DNA from: an uncultured Gemmatimonadaceae bacterium
GTDB taxonomy: Bacteria > Gemmatimonadota > Gemmatimonadetes > Gemmatimonadales > Gemmatimonadaceae
Direction of reading: 5' to 3'
Assembly (NCBI GenBank): GCA_963843845.1
Contig: CAWJMB010000002.1
Coordinates: forward strand, 256,001 to 320,000
DNA: 64,000 nt
Positions 62,073 to 64,000 of the stretch are shown here, piece after piece. Below the pieces are notes generated by a model. The model did not search any database. It was not told the DNA's origin and worked only from the letters and a program-made list of their open reading frames with translations. The position numbers were made by a program, and so were the translations under genes. Position 1 is the stretch's first letter. Every line of letters starts with the position of its first letter.

Positions 62073-63662
62073 ATGACCGACCGCCGCGATTTCCTCAAGA
62101 CGCTCGGCGCCGTGACGCTCGCCGCGGGGGTCGCCCGCCCGCTCGACGCGGCCACCCGTCTCGTCGCGCCGCCCGTGCTGTACACCGACCCCGCGATCGC
62201 CGAGCTGGCGCTCGACGCGCTGCAGGCGGCGAAAGACGCCGGGGCGACCTACGCCGACGTGCGCTTCGGGCGCTACCGGCGGCAGTCGGTGAGCACGCGC
62301 GAGCGGCAGGTCACCGGCGTCAGCGACAGCGAGTCGTACGGCGTCGGCATCCGCGCGCTCGTCGGCGGCGCGTGGGGGTTCGCGTCGACGGCGGACGTGA
62401 CGAAGGAGAACCTGCGGCGCACGGCGACCGAGGCCGTCCGGACGGCGCGGGCGGCGAAGCGCGTGCAGCGGCGCCCGGTGGAGCTGGCGCCGGTGGCGGC
62501 GGCGAAGGGCGTGTGGAAGACGCCGATCCGGGTCGACCCGATGGACGTGCCGATCGAGGAGAAGGTCGCGCTGCTGCTCGCGACGAACGAGGCGGCGCTC
62601 AAGGTGAAGGGGGTGCGCTTCGCGAGCACGAGCGTGAGCGCGCTGCGTGAGGAGAAGACGCTCGCGACGACCGACGGCACGATGGTCACGCAGACGTTCT
62701 ACCGCACGTGGCCGACGTTCAGCGCGACGGCCATCGGGACCGGGGGCTTCGAGTCGTACAACGAAGAGCTCGCGCCGCGCGGCTCGGGGTGGGAGTACGT
62801 CACGTCGCTCGACATGCCGAACGCCGCCGAGCAGTGGGCGTCGCGCGCCGCGGAGAAGCTGACCGCGAAGTCGCTCGAGCCGGGGCGCTACGACGTCGTG
62901 CTCGACCCGCGCAACCTCTGGCTCACGATTCACGAGAGCGTCGGCCACGCGCTCGAGCTCGACCGCGCGATGGGCTACGAAGCGAACTACGCCGGCACGA
63001 GCTTCGTCGCCCCGCCCGACAAAGTGCTCAACACGCTCCAATTCGGCTCGCCGCTCATGACGGTGCGCGCCGACCGCACGACGCCCGACTCGCTCGCCCG
63101 CGTCGCCTGGGACGACGAAGGCGTGCCGGCCGAGCAGTGGACGCTGATCGACAAGGGCGTCGTGAAGGACTATCAGACGACGCGCGAGCAGGCGGCGTGG
63201 ATCGCGCCGCTGACCGGCGTGCGGCGCTCGCACGGCTGCTCGTTCGCGCAGTCGTGGAGCGACGTGCCGTTCCAGCGGATGCCGAACGTGTCGCTGCTGC
63301 CGAACGAGCGCGACGTCACGCTCGACGACATCGTCGCGGCGACCGACCGCGGCGTGATGTTCACGAACCGCGCGACGTATTCGATCGACCACCAGCGCTA
63401 CAACTTCCAGTTCGGCGGCCAGGCGGCGTGGGAGATCCGCAAGGGGAAGATCGTGGGCATGGTGAAGGACTGCGCGTACCAGGCGACGACGACGAACTTC
63501 TGGAAGTCGCTCGACATGCTGGGCGGCCGCTCCTCCTACTTCCTCGGCGGGACGTTCAACGACGGCAAGGGAGAGCCGGGGCAGTCGAACCAGGTGAGCC
63601 ACGGCTGCCCGGCGTGCCGCTTCACGAACATCAACGTCATCAACACGGGGAGCGCGTCGTGA
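62073..63662 (+). CDS. tldD: TldD-family metalloprotease with a twin-arginine signal
   Basis: 'MTDRRDFLK'; 'TIHESVGHALELDR'; 'PFQRMPNVSL'; 'DGKGEPGQ...SHGCP'. Confidence 0.92.
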   Translation: MTDRRDFLKTLGAVTLAAGVARPLDAATRLVAPPVLYTDPAIAELALDALQAAKDAGATYADVRFGRYRRQSVSTRERQVTGVSDSESYGVGIRALVGGAWGFASTADVTKENLRRTATEAVRTARAAKRVQRRPVELAPVAAAKGVWKTPIRVDPMDVPIEEKVALLLATNEAALKVKGVRFASTSVSALREEKTLATTDGTMVTQTFYRTWPTFSATAIGTGGFESYNEELAPRGSGWEYVTSLDMPNAAEQWASRAAEKLTAKSLEPGRYDVVLDPRNLWLTIHESVGHALELDRAMGYEANYAGTSFVAPPDKVLNTLQFGSPLMTVRADRTTPDSLARVAWDDEGVPAEQWTLIDKGVVKDYQTTREQAAWIAPLTGVRRSHGCSFAQSWSDVPFQRMPNVSLLPNERDVTLDDIVAATDRGVMFTNRATYSIDHQRYNFQFGGQAAWEIRKGKIVGMVKDCAYQATTTNFWKSLDMLGGRSSYFLGGTFNDGKGEPGQSNQVSHGCPACRFTNINVINTGSAS

Positions 63663-64000
63663 GCGGCCCGAAGAGTCTGTTCGGCAGCGGCCGCGCCTTC
63701 GGCATGGACCCGCGCGGCGACGCGGAGGCGCTGACGAGGAAGGTGCTGGGCTTCGCGACCGCGGACGAGACGCGCGTGAACGTTCGGCACTCGTGGACCG
63801 GCCAGACGCGCTTCGCGGCGGCGGAGATCACGACGTCCGGCAGCGGCGACGACCGCACGGTGACGGTCATCAGCACCGTCGGCCGGCGCCGCGCGTCGGC
63901 GTCGACGAACGTGCTCGACGACGCGTCGCTCCGGCGTACCGTCGACCTCGCGGAGCGGCTCGCCCGGCTGTCGCCGGAAGACCCGGAGCTGATGCCCGAG
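63659..64000 (+). CDS. TldE/PmbA-family protein (5' part; truncated by the window edge)
   Basis: GTGA overlap with tldD; 'ADETRVNV...TRFA...ITTSG...G.R.ASASTN.LDD..L...V..AE.LAR..PEDPE'. Confidence 0.8.
   Translation, partial: MSGPKSLFGSGRAFGMDPRGDAEALTRKVLGFATADETRVNVRHSWTGQTRFAAAEITTSGSGDDRTVTVISTVGRRRASASTNVLDDASLRRTVDLAERLARLSPEDPELMPE

Overview
A very GC-rich bacterial chromosome segment. Gene style and content (GWxTD lipoprotein, PEP-CTERM protein, SusC/SusD pair, Tat-type TldD, Hanks kinase) suggest Gemmatimonadota, which is inference only. It has four parts. (1) 1-25 kb: signalling and housekeeping genes, including an AraC regulator, an MCP-like receptor, a His-retaining pseudo-histidine kinase, pyrE, a histidine kinase, a Ser/Thr kinase, a cold-shock protein, GH20, polA, a pilin, a D-Ala-D-Ala dipeptidase and an S9 peptidase. 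(2) 25-31 kb: an origin-proximal block of mnmG, SIMPL, two parS sites, parA, a membrane ORF and parB, followed by an AT-richer patch with DnaA-box-like 9-mers. (3) 30.6-43 kb: a BMP/nucleoside-type ABC transporter interleaved with Nif3, TspO and hypothetical genes. (4) 43.3-59.4 kb: a polyuronide (alginate-type) utilisation locus with a GntR-LacI regulator, SusC/SusD, two PL38-like lyases, PL17, a DEH-reductase-like SDR, KdgF, an ExuT-like MFS, UxuA and GH88. PEP-CTERM, lnt and tldD/tldE follow. Six otherwise intact genes carry single frameshifts, probably long-read errors. Three families of small non-coding or in-frame palindromic repeats are dispersed through the window. No rRNA, tRNA, CRISPR array, transposase or phage gene was recognised. 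All family calls come from motif recognition by eye, not database searches.
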